Of a DNA stretch of 64,000 nucleotides, positions 38,381-52,400 are shown one piece after another. Numbering within the stretch: position 1 is the first letter of the stretch; each line of letters starts with the position of its first letter. The notes under the pieces are model-generated. The model had not been told where the DNA came from and did no database searches. It was given only the letters and a program-made list of their open reading frames with translations. The stretch is taken from NCBI GenBank assembly GCA_964057225.1, contig OZ059894.1, forward strand, positions 15,128,001 to 15,192,000, in the 5' to 3' direction. The translations under genes were made by a program, and so were the position numbers. The DNA is from Auanema rhodensis. Lineage: Eukaryota; Animalia; Nematoda.

Positions 38381-41300
38381 ATTTCTAATTTTCTGTTCCT
38401 CTTCTTAAAATATTCACATATCCCTCCTCTCTTTCTCAACCTACCATATCGTAGTATCATTCGCTTTTCTCCGATTTTTCTATTCAACCGACGACTTCTC
38501 TCGGTTCAGCCTTTCTTAATTTCGTAATGGGGTCACTGAACTAACCATCAAAACTTATGATACTCTCTAACCATTCTCTTCATTTCATATACTATTTTTT
38601 TCAAAACATCTACTCACTCTATACCATATAACTGTGACACATTTAGCTATACACATAAAGAGTCACAACACGAAAAAACAACACAAATAATAGTTTTAGC
38701 TATGCGTGTTACTATGAATAGGTTTAATGTATAGATTAAACACAGCTATTCTAACATATGAACTTAATAATCTTATAGAAATCATATTTATATTCATTAT
38801 TACTATTTATTAAAAAAATTAACAAAAGAAGTGTCTGTTTAATCACTGAGCTATTTTAAATTTTAATTCACTGAATAAGAAGTATACCTGTTGACACACG
38901 ACCTGCCTAAAATGGGATTTTTCTCATTTAGAAAATAAACAAATTTTCAAAAAATCATACAAAAACCTCTTAGCATTCTAAATCACAATCAAATCACAAT
39001 TGAAGAGCTTTGTCTATTTCGCAGCTTGAGAGTGAGAGTGTGAGAATATGCTGCTGCTACTTTATCATCCTGATCATCATTCAAAAATAACAAATAAACT
39101 ATATGATATCAAAGAATAGATAATAGCTATTCTATTATACGCAAAATATTTCTTTGTAATATGGGCGGATCCTTCTTCATATCTTACTGTCATAGTTCAT
39201 TTTCTCTTCTGTATTTCTGTCCTTTCAGGATTACGGTATTTGCACTTTTCACTTCGTAATAGTTTGTCCTTTGCGAGAAAGAGCGCAGAGAGTGCACAAA
39301 AGTGAGAGGTTGAAACAATTCGTTGGATACCGTAATCTCAGTATCTGCTACATTGAATTTTAATTGAAAATATATGAAAAGAAGAAAGAAAATTATCTAA
39401 CAACTAAGATGTTAAGATGCTTGTATAAGTGAAAGAAACTAGTCAATTCTAAATCCCAAGACATCATCATTCAATAGCTTAGTTGAATGTTTTGTTAACG
39501 TTTTTATATTAAGCATTAACTAAACTCTTTAGATATCAATTAAATACAAGCATATGTATTAATGTATGTTTCAACATTGTTTATTATACTAACGAAGTTT
39601 TCAATTGATTGTTGTTTGGAAAGAAGATACATGTTAACCAATATGTGAAAACGGAATTAAGGTTATGCCTGTCATGAAACATGTAATCTAGTATAGTGTC
39701 AACGAAAAAAAACTGCTAAAAATTTATATAGCCTTAATAATTAGATAATCAATGTCCTATCAAGTTGACTAGTTAGGTGTACAGCCTCTCACCCAATTTA
39801 TTCCTTGTCATCACTTTATTTTTTCTCTGGTTAATGATTTTTAATGTAGATTAAAACTTCATTCAAAATCGAAATTAGAAACATTCATCTTGTGTTTCGA
39901 TTAGTTAACTCTGAGTTCAGTCAGTTTAGTTGACTTTCAACTTCAAGGTATGTCGTAAGACACCGAGGAAGGTTGAGACGTAGGGGCGGGCGAACAACAC
40001 GGACGACACTGCGGAGGACAACCAAGGTAAAAGACCACTAAGATAGACATGAAGATAGAGGTTTTTCAAGTTGAAGGTAGAGAAAACGTCACTGGAACAT
40101 TGAAATCGCAAGAGAAAAAGGACGGACTATGGAGGAGGCACGAGAGAAAAAAAGGATAATAGTTGTTTTTCGGCGACAAAACACTGACCAGCATGTTAGA
40201 TTGTCTGAAAGTCGAATAGATAGTATTACCGCATAAGAGGGTCACTGTATAAACGACAATGCCCGAGTTTTTCTCTTTATCTCTTTCCTCTCTCCCTCCT
40301 TTCCTCTCTCTCTCTCTCTTTCTCTTTCTCGTTTGCTTAATAACTCATACACTATCTTACATCATTTTCCATTCTCTCTCTCTCTCTGTATATCATAGTT
40401 TTGGACGATGTTTTTCATTCAAGTAGCATCATGTTCGGCCACTGTCCGTTCGACCGTTCTTTCTCGGATGTGAGTGAAAGAGGAGGCTCAACTACTAACC
40501 ACAACATAACCAGCCCAGTTGTACCGACTTTAACTAACCACAAATGGGCAACATACAGAAACGTTGTCCGTTTGGTTTTGAGAGCTATCCACTGTTTATC
40601 TGTTTTAAAGTGATCATATCTCGGGCGGGTTGATTGATTTTATCATATTTTGGTGTTTCGGAGTCTGTAGTCTGTTATTTTCTTTGAATTTTACCGTATA
40701 TGATCCGATTTGACTGTTATCTCTTCAACGTAATGCTAACTTTGCTATTTTTTTCATAATTTGCTAACTATGCTAATTTTTAATTTCATATATCTTTTAT
40801 AATCAGCAAATTGCTCTTGTTTTATTCATTCTTATCTGAAACTTTTTTGTTTGTTATAAATAACAATTTTGCCTTCTTATTATCATTAACTTATCTTTCT
40901 ATATATGCTAATTATATTTTTGTTTTGAATGCGGAATTGTACACGTGGCTTGACGTGTAGTTTCATTTCTTTGATTTGTTAATTATCAAACGGTTGGTTT
41001 TTTTCTTATGACTATTTAGTACAGATTGTGATGAACATGTTGTTCAATTGAATGTCTCATTCATAATCCAAAAAACAAAAGTTCCACTGGTCTGGTCAAG
41101 CTATTCAACAATCTTTTCTCGCTAGTTGTATCTTCGTAAGCCAAATCCTTACAATCTACGTTTGTATCTAAAGAAAATCCTTGTTTATTTCGAGTTTAAT
41201 GAAAGTTCTCTGATTAGCTGAGTATTGAATAAGCGATTATACAGTTTCAGTTTTGATTGTTTGAAATGTTTGTTTATACAAAGCTACATTACTAAGTCCC

Positions 41301-44300
41301 TTGTTATCACTTAAGAGTTTCTTCTAAACTTGACAGAAACCTAGAGATTGAATGAAGATGTCAAGGATGAGATGATAATAATTGGTATTGATATTCTTTC
41401 TATCATTAACTATTTCTTCTCCGTTGTCTTTTCATCTCCATACCAGAATTAATAACTTTTCCTTATTACCATTCGCTCTCTATCCTACATATCGTTCTTA
41501 TGCCTATCTTCCTAAATCTCTTCAACTTACTCTCTCATTCATCTCCATTTCTTTCGTTTTTCTCACTTTTCAGCTTTTTCATCGTGAATTAGCTATAAGT
41601 ATCACAAGTAAAACTAGCCGAGATTAAAGCGAGAATTCCATGAGAGAAAGACGACCAAATGCTACAGTCCATAGCATCTACTAGCCTATGAGCCATATCA
41701 AAACTTAGCAGCCATTAATCGTTAGCTAATTCTTGTTCTTTCTTTATCTTTCTCTCTTCAACTTTCTATACCCTTAGCTTACTATCTTTCATGTATAGAT
41801 ATCCTCGAAACAGCTACAATAAGCAGCAAGCACCGACAGGCACAAGATTAGTCGGTCGCTTAGATGAGGAGTTGCCAACAAGTTTCTAAATTCAGAGACA
41901 CACCCGTGACTTGTAATCATTGTATTGAAATTCTTTCAATCCTTTCTCGATCGTGCTATCACTTTCAGAGTTTCCGGTCCTCTTCTGGAGTTACATTCGC
42001 AGCAATATTTTTGACTTTTATTTCTCAGTCCGTCACTTCTCGCTTTCATCTTCAAGTTTTCGTTTTGCTTTTCCGTCTTCATATTCATTATCTTCTGATT
42101 CTGGATGTTGTTTTCAAGATTTTCAAATACAGTTCACTATTTCCCGAAACTCTTGCTCACTGGTTCTGCTGTCACCGGAACCGGCAGTAGGCTAGCAAGA
42201 ACCAGATTACTTGAATCCTGCGCTTTTCCTCTTTCCCTCAACACAATACAGTTCGTACGTTCTTGTTCTTAAGATTTTGATCTGTTGAGAGCTTCTCCAT
42301 TTCATTTTCTCTTAATTTCGGTCGTACAGTAACTTTTCTTAGAAGCTCTTAGTATCATCTAACACAAATCAGAAGAGAAGATCTACCTATACTCGTACTA
42401 ACATTGATGATAACATTGCCAGTTTCATGCAAAGCGTTAAGCTGAGCTTAACCCTATTTACGATCACGTTTACCTAAAAAGAAATATTTTTTTCTGTTTG
42501 TTAGGCTTATGTAACCAGATGAGAGTGGTTTTAGTAATAGAATTGTCGAAAAAAATGAAAATAAAAGATGAAGAAGAGGAAAACCCCAATTTCCTTGTTA
42601 TCTGGTGGCTATTCATTAAGCCTTACTAGCATCATAGTTCTTTCTTCAAATGTTGACATTTATTTACGAATTTTGTGTCAACTGCGGTAGCGACTGTTTG
42701 CTAGTTACGTTTCTTGTTAACCTTGATTCCCTTTTTCCTAATAGGCCTATTCAATTTGTTTTGAAATTTTCGTCTCAAAATTGTATTTTTCTATCTGACC
42801 CCTTCACATTTTATCGTTCTTCTTTCATAATAGACACAAGAGTTGTTCGAGATTTGCTTATTACTATGTAACTTGAAGAATTCTGAAACAAGCGATTTAA
42901 CAAACTATACTAGACAATCGGTTCACTAAAGCTCCTCCCCTCATTATTTTTTTCGTTTTGCCGTTTTCATTGTTTCGAATATTGACGAGTTTCAAGGCTT
43001 GTTGTTTCACACTTCATGAAACATCCATCCAGATGGTATTGAATCATTTCAGACAGTGCCGTGACTCATTACATCATAAACTTGTTGTTGTCTTGACCTA
43101 CGATTCTCTTTAACACTGAAAACCCAAAAGATTTTGAACTTCATGCCCTAAAAAAGCTGGATCTTGCGTCATAACCTGGTCATTGCATGATTCAATTGAA
43201 TCTAACATGCATGATTTTTCGCAATTTTTTAAACTTCGTAATGAAGTATGTGAACAATCTATCAGCTTTTGCAAGCTTTGTGGCAATCTCTACCAATGAA
43301 ATAAGGTCATGATGCAACAACCAGATGTTATCGTTTCACGCATTGAAGCTGTAGTTGGTGGTACTAGCATTGCGTCCCAGCCTGTACATCAGTATCTGAA
43401 CGTGTGCCAACCGGTTACCGAAGTGAAATGGCATTATAATATATATATGAACGGATGACCAAGATGACGACGATCAAGTTGTCTTTCTGTCGGCTCGCTA
43501 AAAGCCTTGACACAATGGTTTGTCCTTGCTCCATCTCTTCCCAGTTTTTTCTGTCAAGTTACAGTCTTCATAATTAGCAGTTCTTGAAATATCTTATATA
43601 TTTTTTGCTAAACCCGAGAACTATGAGGGATTTAATGAAAAATACAACAAATTGTGACTTCTACGAGTTCAAATTGAAACCGTTCCTTTGAATAGAGTTT
43701 AAATGGCTTCGTTCTTATCTCACAACTCTTTTTCTCTGACCCCAGTTGGTTACAGCCCATCTTTCACCTGATTACTGTAGGATGGCGCTGGCATTCACCG
43801 TATGATTAGGATCGGGATTAGATTTCTTAACTACGGTAGTGCCTAAGTGTGAGCTCCAAACCCCTGAAATTGTATGTGCGGTGTTACAGTTTTCGCCCTT
43901 GTTATACCATCAGACCACTCGTACCCTCCCTTGTCAAGTGTTTTCCGAGTAATTGACCCTTTTCCAACTTTGCACACAACTAACTGACAATCTGTTCTTC
44001 ATCCCCGTTTCAATGTTGGTCAAATCAAAATCTAGGTTACTTTGTTGACAACGTCATCGCCTTCTAAACTACACAGCTACAATCTGGTCAACATTGATGA
44101 TTTTGGTGTTCGCGTGCCGCTTCTTCACATTTAACCAGCCTATCGTTCATGCTTCTTGTATGTCCAATCGGCTTTTTGAGCTCCATCAAGATATGAGTGA
44201 GCTTCATTCTTGTCCTCAACTTAAACTTCTTAAATTTCTAGAGATTATGGTATAGAATGTTTGTTTCTAACAGCTTAAAATAAGCTTCATCTAGTTTCTT

Positions 44301-46965
44301 GAATTTAAGAGCAACCCATCTATCACTGCTCCTCAACCAGCTAACGTTTCCAGTCTTATGAAATAATAATTTTTGTTTAACATATAGCAGAGCTTACTAA
44401 CTGCCAAATAAACTAATCTCGATTTTCATAGCTAACAAGTGTCTTTCTGATCCTGTTCTTCTAATTGTAACTTATTATCGAGACACAATCCAGCTACTAG
44501 TTGACATTCAATCAAACCCCCCCCCCCCTTTCCCCTTCTGGGAGAATCGTTGCAATTATCTGCTACTTTATAGATGATTCAGTCATTTCTATAGCTTTCA
44601 CGAATCAAAATTTTTTTCCAAAAATATTTTGTTGACATCAGAAAATAGCTTGTGAGCTCAAGCTCGTTTCGTTTCTCTTGAACTAAAACTTTAAAGGTTG
44701 GAATGTCAAAGCACGACATAACGATGCACCCACCACAGACTGTATATGAAAACGAACGTCAAAAGCAAAAATCGCAGCACCACATACTCACACAAGCCTT
44801 GAAGCGAGAGGACCAGCAAAGAGTGTTAGTAAGGTGGAGAGGACTGTTGGTGCTGGACACTGTTCTTTTGAACAATATAGGGGGACAGCATAGTTAAATG
44901 ATGTCTGTTTGTACAGTTTTTTTTCTAAAATTCAGACTTTTTGGTTCTCATCAAATAAACAACTAACATCAACATACAACACATGATAGAGACAGAAAGC
45001 GAGTGTATGAGAGGATGAGAGGGAGAGGAAACGAACGAGAAATAAGGAGATGAAAAAGCAGACTTTAGGGCTAGGTTCTTCTCTCAAGTTATCAAGCCTG
45101 TTCTCTACCTCTTTATGTCTCTGTTTCTTTCTTTGTCTCTCATTCCCCCTCATCTAATCTCACTTTCAGTGCATCTCTGCATATGTTTTTGCTTATGCAC
45201 TGTAGTCTAACTGTCAATTCCGAAGACACGTTGTTTACTTGTTTAGCTCTGTTTCATCTATATCTTACCAATGTCTAAAATGTCTCTTGCCATGTATGAC
45301 AGTGGTTGTTCCAAATCGAGTCATTTTCTCCACTTCCTTACTTGTCGTGTTGCTTTCTCTTGTTTTTTCTTAATATTTTTATTTTTTTCTTATTACCATC
45401 ACCTCATACCACATCTGACAGGGTTCATTCTCTCTGTTACAATACATAATCTTCATCCACTTTGCATTTTGTCTGTTTATTTTTCGAGTTTGAACCTCAA
45501 GTTCGTGATATTTTTCATTTGAACATTAACTACAGTTGACTAGTTAACTATTATTCTTCAAAATATGTTTTCCTTTAAACTCTTTGTCAACTTTTCTGGA
45601 TTATTATAGGTCAATTACCCCTCCCTCATGTCTTTCTTTCAACTTACCTCTACCAGGTTATTCCTCGTCTCGCTCCTTATTAGATCTTTTTGGTTCAAGT
45701 CCTACTAAGCGAATTTTCATAAAATATCATTTGTTTCCCTCTCAATTATATTTATTTAGTGTCCCATTAGATGATCTACTAGTCGAATGATTCCATCCTC
45801 TTTTCTCAATTTTCTACCTTCAATCAACACTATCCATCTTCGTATCTCTTTTGTATTTTTTCTTTTCTTTTTACTTGCAACCAAAAATATTAATTGATAA
45901 GTTTGTTTTTTTTACTTATATGTATATTTATGGCATATATACTATGCCTTAAGTAAATCAACAAAATATGATAAACTTTGGTTTTTTAAGTATTGTAGAT
46001 AGACAATCATATAGTTTGCTTGTCTTACTGTTTCCTCTTTTGAACAATAACTTTTACTTTTAATTCCTTCGATTTATACTTTTAACTCTCATTCTCATCA
46101 CTAATCATCACACAATCACCTCACTTCTGTTTTTTTCCTCTGAACAAGAATTTCTTTTGAAGCTGCTTCATCTAGCTAACATACCATATCTCATGTATGC
46201 TATCATGGTTATCTCATTCTCAACGTAGTTTTCTCTTCGAGATCTTCTTATTAATGACTTTTTTTCATAAACTTCATTAGTTATCTCAATTAATTAAAAG
46301 CTTAAATAGTTAAACATCTAATGACGTCATATAAATCTGGTAATACCGGTTTGCAAGACTTTCAATTGAGCAATGTGTTTGAGATATAGGATTGACTGAA
46401 GATGTCATAAAAACAATTAAGCCTTTCAACTATTTTCATTTCGGATTTTCTCCTTTTCTGATTATTCAAAACATTTCTGATGCATGATTGAGTAATAAAT
46501 CTCTTTACTTCATCAAAATGACATCTTCAATCATTATCCCAAAAGTATAGAATTAACGACCTGATTACGTAATGGGGGGAAACAGTTTCGGGAAATTAAT
46601 CAAATGAACAAAGCGTATCTCTCTTATCTATTCAAATTATGTACATATATCCCATATATAGCTGTTAGAAGATCTGGAACTTGTAAAAACTTAATCACGT
46701 TGTATAACAAAATACTTCATCCCTCTTCCTTATTTTTGATGAAAAGAACAGAAAAAAATATATAAATTCAGTAGGATTATAATAACCTTTGACTATGCAT
46801 TAGTCATACCGATATCCGTTCAAACGAACTAAGTCGGAAGAAGAGAAACAAAAGATCTTGTCATGAATATCATATTGACTCAGCTATCTTTTAACCATTT
46901 TGTTTTGTTTTATATCTTAAAGAATAATAGTTGTAGTTGATATTATATAATATATTTAACTTCCT

Positions 46966-47002
46966 CATCATCATCATCATCATCATCAGTAGTAGTAGTA
47001 GT
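46966..47002. repeat. Compound (CAT)7-(AGT)5 microsatellite
   Basis: Read directly from the sequence. Confidence 0.9.
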
Positions 47003-48996
47003 ACTTGTATTATCATGATCTTTTCTATTGTTTTTTTTGATTCAAAACTCAATATAAGTCTTTTTAAGATTTTCAACTCATTCAAAAAAAGTTTATTCTT
47101 TTTTTTCTTCCAATTTGAACAATATATAGTAATGATATTGCAATTCATATTGATACCTATACACCTCCTCTCCTCGTCTAGCATTACCCTCCTTCCTCTA
47201 CCCTACAACATAAAATTCTTATTAATAAATTACACAATTGATAAGAATTGTTTGAACTAAGAAAAACACAAAATAGACATCTTGCTTGCATACAATTCAA
47301 GTATAGTGTTCATATAAGTATCTTGAGAATATTCTCTTCATGTTTCAGTTATATAACAAGATAGCTTTTCCATATGTTTTGTTTCTAAATTTATATTCAA
47401 AATAGTGACGTTTCATATAAAACATCGTAATGATTCAGAAAATTCTTCTTGACAATTGGTCATTTTCATTACCGTAATACTTCTTTCAATTCATTTTTTG
47501 TAGCAGAAGTATGAATATTATAATTATTGTTAAAATTAAAAAAAAATAAGTTGTAAAATTTATTTGAAACAAAGTTACAAAACTATTGTTTCGATGTAAA
47601 AACATTTTACATTAGATTATTAAAAGATGTTAGAGAGAGAGAGGGAAAGAGAAAGAGAGAAAGAGAAAGAAAGAGGTATAATGAGAGAAAGTGAGAGAAA
47701 TTTCCTCTGTAATTCTCTTCTGAACATCTCTCGTCACACTATTAAACAAAGATGTTGCTAGTTTTATCTGTATTTATCTGGTTCGAGAAGAGAGTATCAA
47801 CGAATAAAGCAACAGATTCACTTAGACGATATAGCCAAAGCTATGGTAGTGTTTCTCGTCTTACCAGCTTCACTAAACGACATCTTCTAAAATCAGGTCT
47901 TTAGCCGTGACCGAGAATGGCACAATGCCTTTCATTATCTAGTTTTCCTTTTGTTTCTTTCCACCAACTCTCATAGTTTCTATTATCTCTCAAGCAATCC
48001 TTCTAGTCGTCGCAATTCATCTTTGAGGATTCTTACCTGTATCTATCTGTATCTTCCTAAGCTTTCTCGCAATGCATCATTTCAATGCAAAACCATTAGA
48101 CTTCACTTCATCATATTCATTGCGCTAGTAAACTCTTCCCAACTCTATGACTTCATTAGAATATTCTACAATATCATTTCACGTGAATACACGTGCACCT
48201 TCTAACATCATTACATCCATTATGACACGTACTGTTCGGTTGCTTTCAACTTCTCCAAATTCATTTTGCAAATTAATGTATAGTAAACGAAATAATAGTT
48301 TCACTGTTCTTGATTCAATCAGTATTTTGCTCTAAATAATGTTCCTTTTCCTTTTTTTTCGTGTTAAACAGTTTTTACCTTTATTCTTTATCATTACTAA
48401 ATATTTTATCCATATCAAATATATGTTATATTCAACATAAATGGTATGAGAGAGAGACAACTATGTATAATAGTCTATCTGTATAATCTATCTGTCCTCG
48501 CATAGTCTCATCTTTCTTGCTACCGTATCCTGTTTCCCGAAAATCCAATCATTAAACTGTATCCGACAAGAATAACTGTCTAAGAGCGGTTACCTATTTG
48601 TCGCAATCTTTTCTTAATATCTTTTTCCACCTCTTCAAACTTCTGTCTTATATCTAAATCTCTCTTTCTTCTAATGTGAGTACCCTTTTTCATTAACTTT
48701 GAACTACTTTTACGAACTCCTAACTGTATCTGTCTTTGATAATTTACTAGCCCAATAGTAATTCGCCTAGTTACCGTTTCATTCATACCTTTTATCACTT
48801 ACTACTCACATATATTTGCACATGAACTTTTATTTCTTTTGATCTTAGCTTTGTTTCAACCTTTTTAAAGTTTTTTTCTTATTTTGACTTTCATACATAC
48901 AGTACAAATATATACATATAGTATACAACATATGTATAATCATTGTTAACTAATATCTAATACCTCACTATCACCTTTCCTCTCTTCATGTCCTCC

Positions 48997-49000
<4 letters not shown>

Positions 49001-49072
<72 letters not shown>
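49001..49072. repeat. (CT)36 microsatellite ~400 nt upstream of the DM gene ATG
   Basis: Read directly from the sequence. Confidence 0.95.
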
Positions 49073-49079
<7 letters not shown>

Positions 49080-49479
49080 TCTTCTCTTTATTTTTGAACT
49101 TATTCTCAATTACCTCTCCTATATATCATCAAACATATTCCTAGCTCTTTTAATTAAATAATTTTCCTTAATATCATGCTGATCTTCAATACCGTAGTCG
49201 GCTGTCTTTGTGCTCATATGCTGATTCATCAGCTTAGTTTCATGTCGGCAAGTATCTTAATCATTGCACTACCCTTTAGGATCATAACCAAACTCTCTTC
49301 ATTTTCCTCATCATCATCGTCACAGCGAACACATTAGATTGTTCTGTTTTCAACAATATCTTACTTTCCTGTTTTTCTTTCCAATTTCTCATATTATAAC
49401 TCTAATATATAGTTTCAAGTTCATTATCGTTATTCATCTATCTTATACCTTCGAATACTAATTCTTAATTATTTTCCAG

Positions 49480-52400
49480 ATGGCCCTTTACGGTGCTACT
49501 ATGACTTCTGCTCCAATTCGGGTAGGAATTTGCATACAACATGTCATAATCTAATGTTTTTTTTGTTTTTCAGGACCTACTCACTAGTATTCGACTTCCA
49601 CAACGGAGTGACATTTCGGTTAATAAGCCGACAGTGATAGGTTATTCTTTTGATTTCCAACTTAACTGTCTATCTTGACAAATCTCCCTCCCAATGACTT
49701 TCAAAACTAATATTGTTGCTATAAATTAGTATTTGCAAGAAAACTTAAAACACTATGCAAAAAGATTTAACTATGCGATAAATTGGACTGAATTTCGATT
49801 TCAGATAAAAAAGTTTATTACTGCCAACGATGTTTAAATCATCAACGAGCAGAGCCGAGAAAAAATCATAAGGTAACGATTCATTTCGATTTGAACTTGA
49901 TAACTTTTATAAGTTTTCTTCCCATTTTTAAAAAAATATTAAATCAAAAATCATCATTTTCTAGTGCGATTGTCCATATGCTAGTTGCACTTGTGAATTC
50001 TGCATTCTGGTGGAGAAGAGAAGGGAATTAAACACAAAATTACAAGAATTAGAAGGCACAGATACTGCTGAACCTCAATCTCCAGAGAAGTTACCAGAAG
50101 ATGATGATGATGATAAGACACCTAGGACAAAAGGTTAGTCAGTCAATGCTTTTTTCTCATGAGAAATGTAATCAAAAAAGCTTTCAAATACATTTTGATT
50201 AGCAACATTTGAAGTTGAATCATCTCAAAAATTATTATTTCGATATAAATTAGATTAAATATAAGATTCTTATATAATTCAATTTATAAAATTGAGTAAT
50301 ATAGTATAATCAACTCTAAGAATATCAAAAATCATATGTTTCATTACATAAAACCTATTCGTTAAATTAAAAGAAAAAAAAAACATTGAACCCTGTTTAA
50401 GACAAAGTAAAAATATCTGATGTTGCAATGATTTTTGAACTTAAATCTGTTTACTTGTATCAAAGGTTATTTCAAATTTGCTTTTATGGATGTGAGAATT
50501 TAATTTTAATATTCTTCATCATGAAATGTAGCAAATTTTGTATTATTGGTTCATTCAGTAACAACATTAATTGGCTATTCTTTGAAACCAAATGTATACA
50601 TTGGACATTTCCTTATTTTACTAAAATTCATGTAACAATTAGAATTATTTCATTCTTTTGCATCTTCTTTTTGGAAGTTTTTGCTCATCTTTCCGTTTCC
50701 TCTATGATATTTCCTATTCTAGTTATTGCTTCTTTATCTTTACCCTGTTTTCCGTCAATTGTTCTTCTGAATCTACACGTTCTCTCTGACATCTCTCTTG
50801 TTGCCTGCCTTTCGTTTTCCTGCTTCTTCTTATCCTTCTTCTCAAGTCCTCATTTTGTCGTTTCTTACCGTCCCCCCTTTTGCCATGTTTAATCGTCACA
50901 ATCAACTATTTTTGTTGTTCTCTCCCTCACACATTTCTCTTTATATATTGAAAGAGAGTGGGAGGGGTTCTTTCCTATCTCGATACATTACTATTTTTGT
51001 CCTGCTTCAGCTTCTCAACTAATAACGAACTTGGCCTTAGATGGCCAATGTGGTAAACATGTGACCAGCGAGGCTGGGAAAAACAACAAATTGCAAAATT
51101 CGCTAATAGCCGTCGTCCTCTCTCCCTCACTTTTTTTTCTCTCTCTCTCTCTATCTTGATCCCTCTCTCTCTATATTCCTCTCTCTTTCTCCCCTTTCTC
51201 CGTTCTCGCTTGGCCTGTTCGTTGTCGTGGACGACGTCGTTGTTGCCGTTGTTGGTAGTGTGGCATCGGCGTCAGCATCAACAGAAGCAACAGCATCGAG
51301 TAGGCATTGTCGTCGTCGTCGATGTGGTGGTAGTGTCCATATGGGGTGTGTATGAGGAGGTATATATGTATGAATATAAATTTATAGTATATATATATAT
51401 ATAAGTCGCTACATATATATATATATATATATTTCTATGTGTTGTAGTAAATATTCAAAACAATTTAATTGTTTTTCCGAAAAGAGCGGGGGTCTCTTTT
51501 TGATGTCCACTATACAATAGGGTAACTATCGGAACATGTACATGCACATATACATGCTGACCATAGTTTCTTCTTCGATCCATCCTAATCCATCTATTAC
51601 TTACAAGTTGTTCCCTCTTTTGATTTCATATTTCTTTTTCCGATTTCTACACAAAGATCTTCATATCTCTTTCATATTTCTTCATAAGATCTCTCTCTTT
51701 CTCTCTCCTTTCCCCGTTCTCGTTCTTTATCTCTAAGAATTTCTTTGTTGCCTTTCTCGACGAAATAATGATGTCCGGACCAGACAACATTCGGAAGCCA
51801 AGAGCCATGAGAGCTGAACAATGAATTTGAGATTAGTAACTGTTTATCAACTGATGTTTAGTGGACAGTTGGAGTTTTCGAATCACTGATTTCATAATGC
51901 GAAAATCGCAAAGAAATGAAAATGTGTTGTATACGAAATAGAATGATGAAGCTCAAGATAGAGAAATAAGGGGAAAGGCTAAGAGAGGTAGACAACAAGA
52001 AAGTGAGAGAAACGAAGAAAACGTTTGGCAGAGAGGGAGATGGGAGAAGAGAGACAAGAGAAATTATATTTATACAATTCATTCAGAGAAAAAAAAGTTG
52101 TGGTGGTCAAGCATGAAAACTTACGATAAAAGACAAATCAAGGGTAATCGTACATAACTACTATATTTAGTTTGAAAAATATGAAAAAAAGCTGCAAACC
52201 TGATTAAAATCTGATTGTTGTTTAGATGAATTGGCGTTCACTTCATAAACACTGTACATACGGTGATTATAATATGTAGATGATTTGTGATAACAAAAGA
52301 TATCAGCTGTCAGCAAATTTTCAAAAGAAAAATTTCTTAATATATTTTTATCGCATTTGGTCAAGAAAGATGGAGAGAAGAAAACAGCTTCGTCAAATGA

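Noticed and set aside
38211-38527. SLSLSL/ERERER ORFs here and at ~27.6-28.1, 32.1, 36.9 and 55.9 kb
   Set aside because: Translations of CT/GA microsatellites.
39229-39337. 11-bp inverted repeat GATTACGGTAT/ATACCGTAATC as MITE ends
   Set aside because: Roughly what chance gives in 64 kb; no target-site duplication and no second copy seen.
52099-52110. Possible TRA-1/GLI site in the DM gene (GTGGTGGTC)
   Set aside because: Does not match the TGGGWGGTC consensus.
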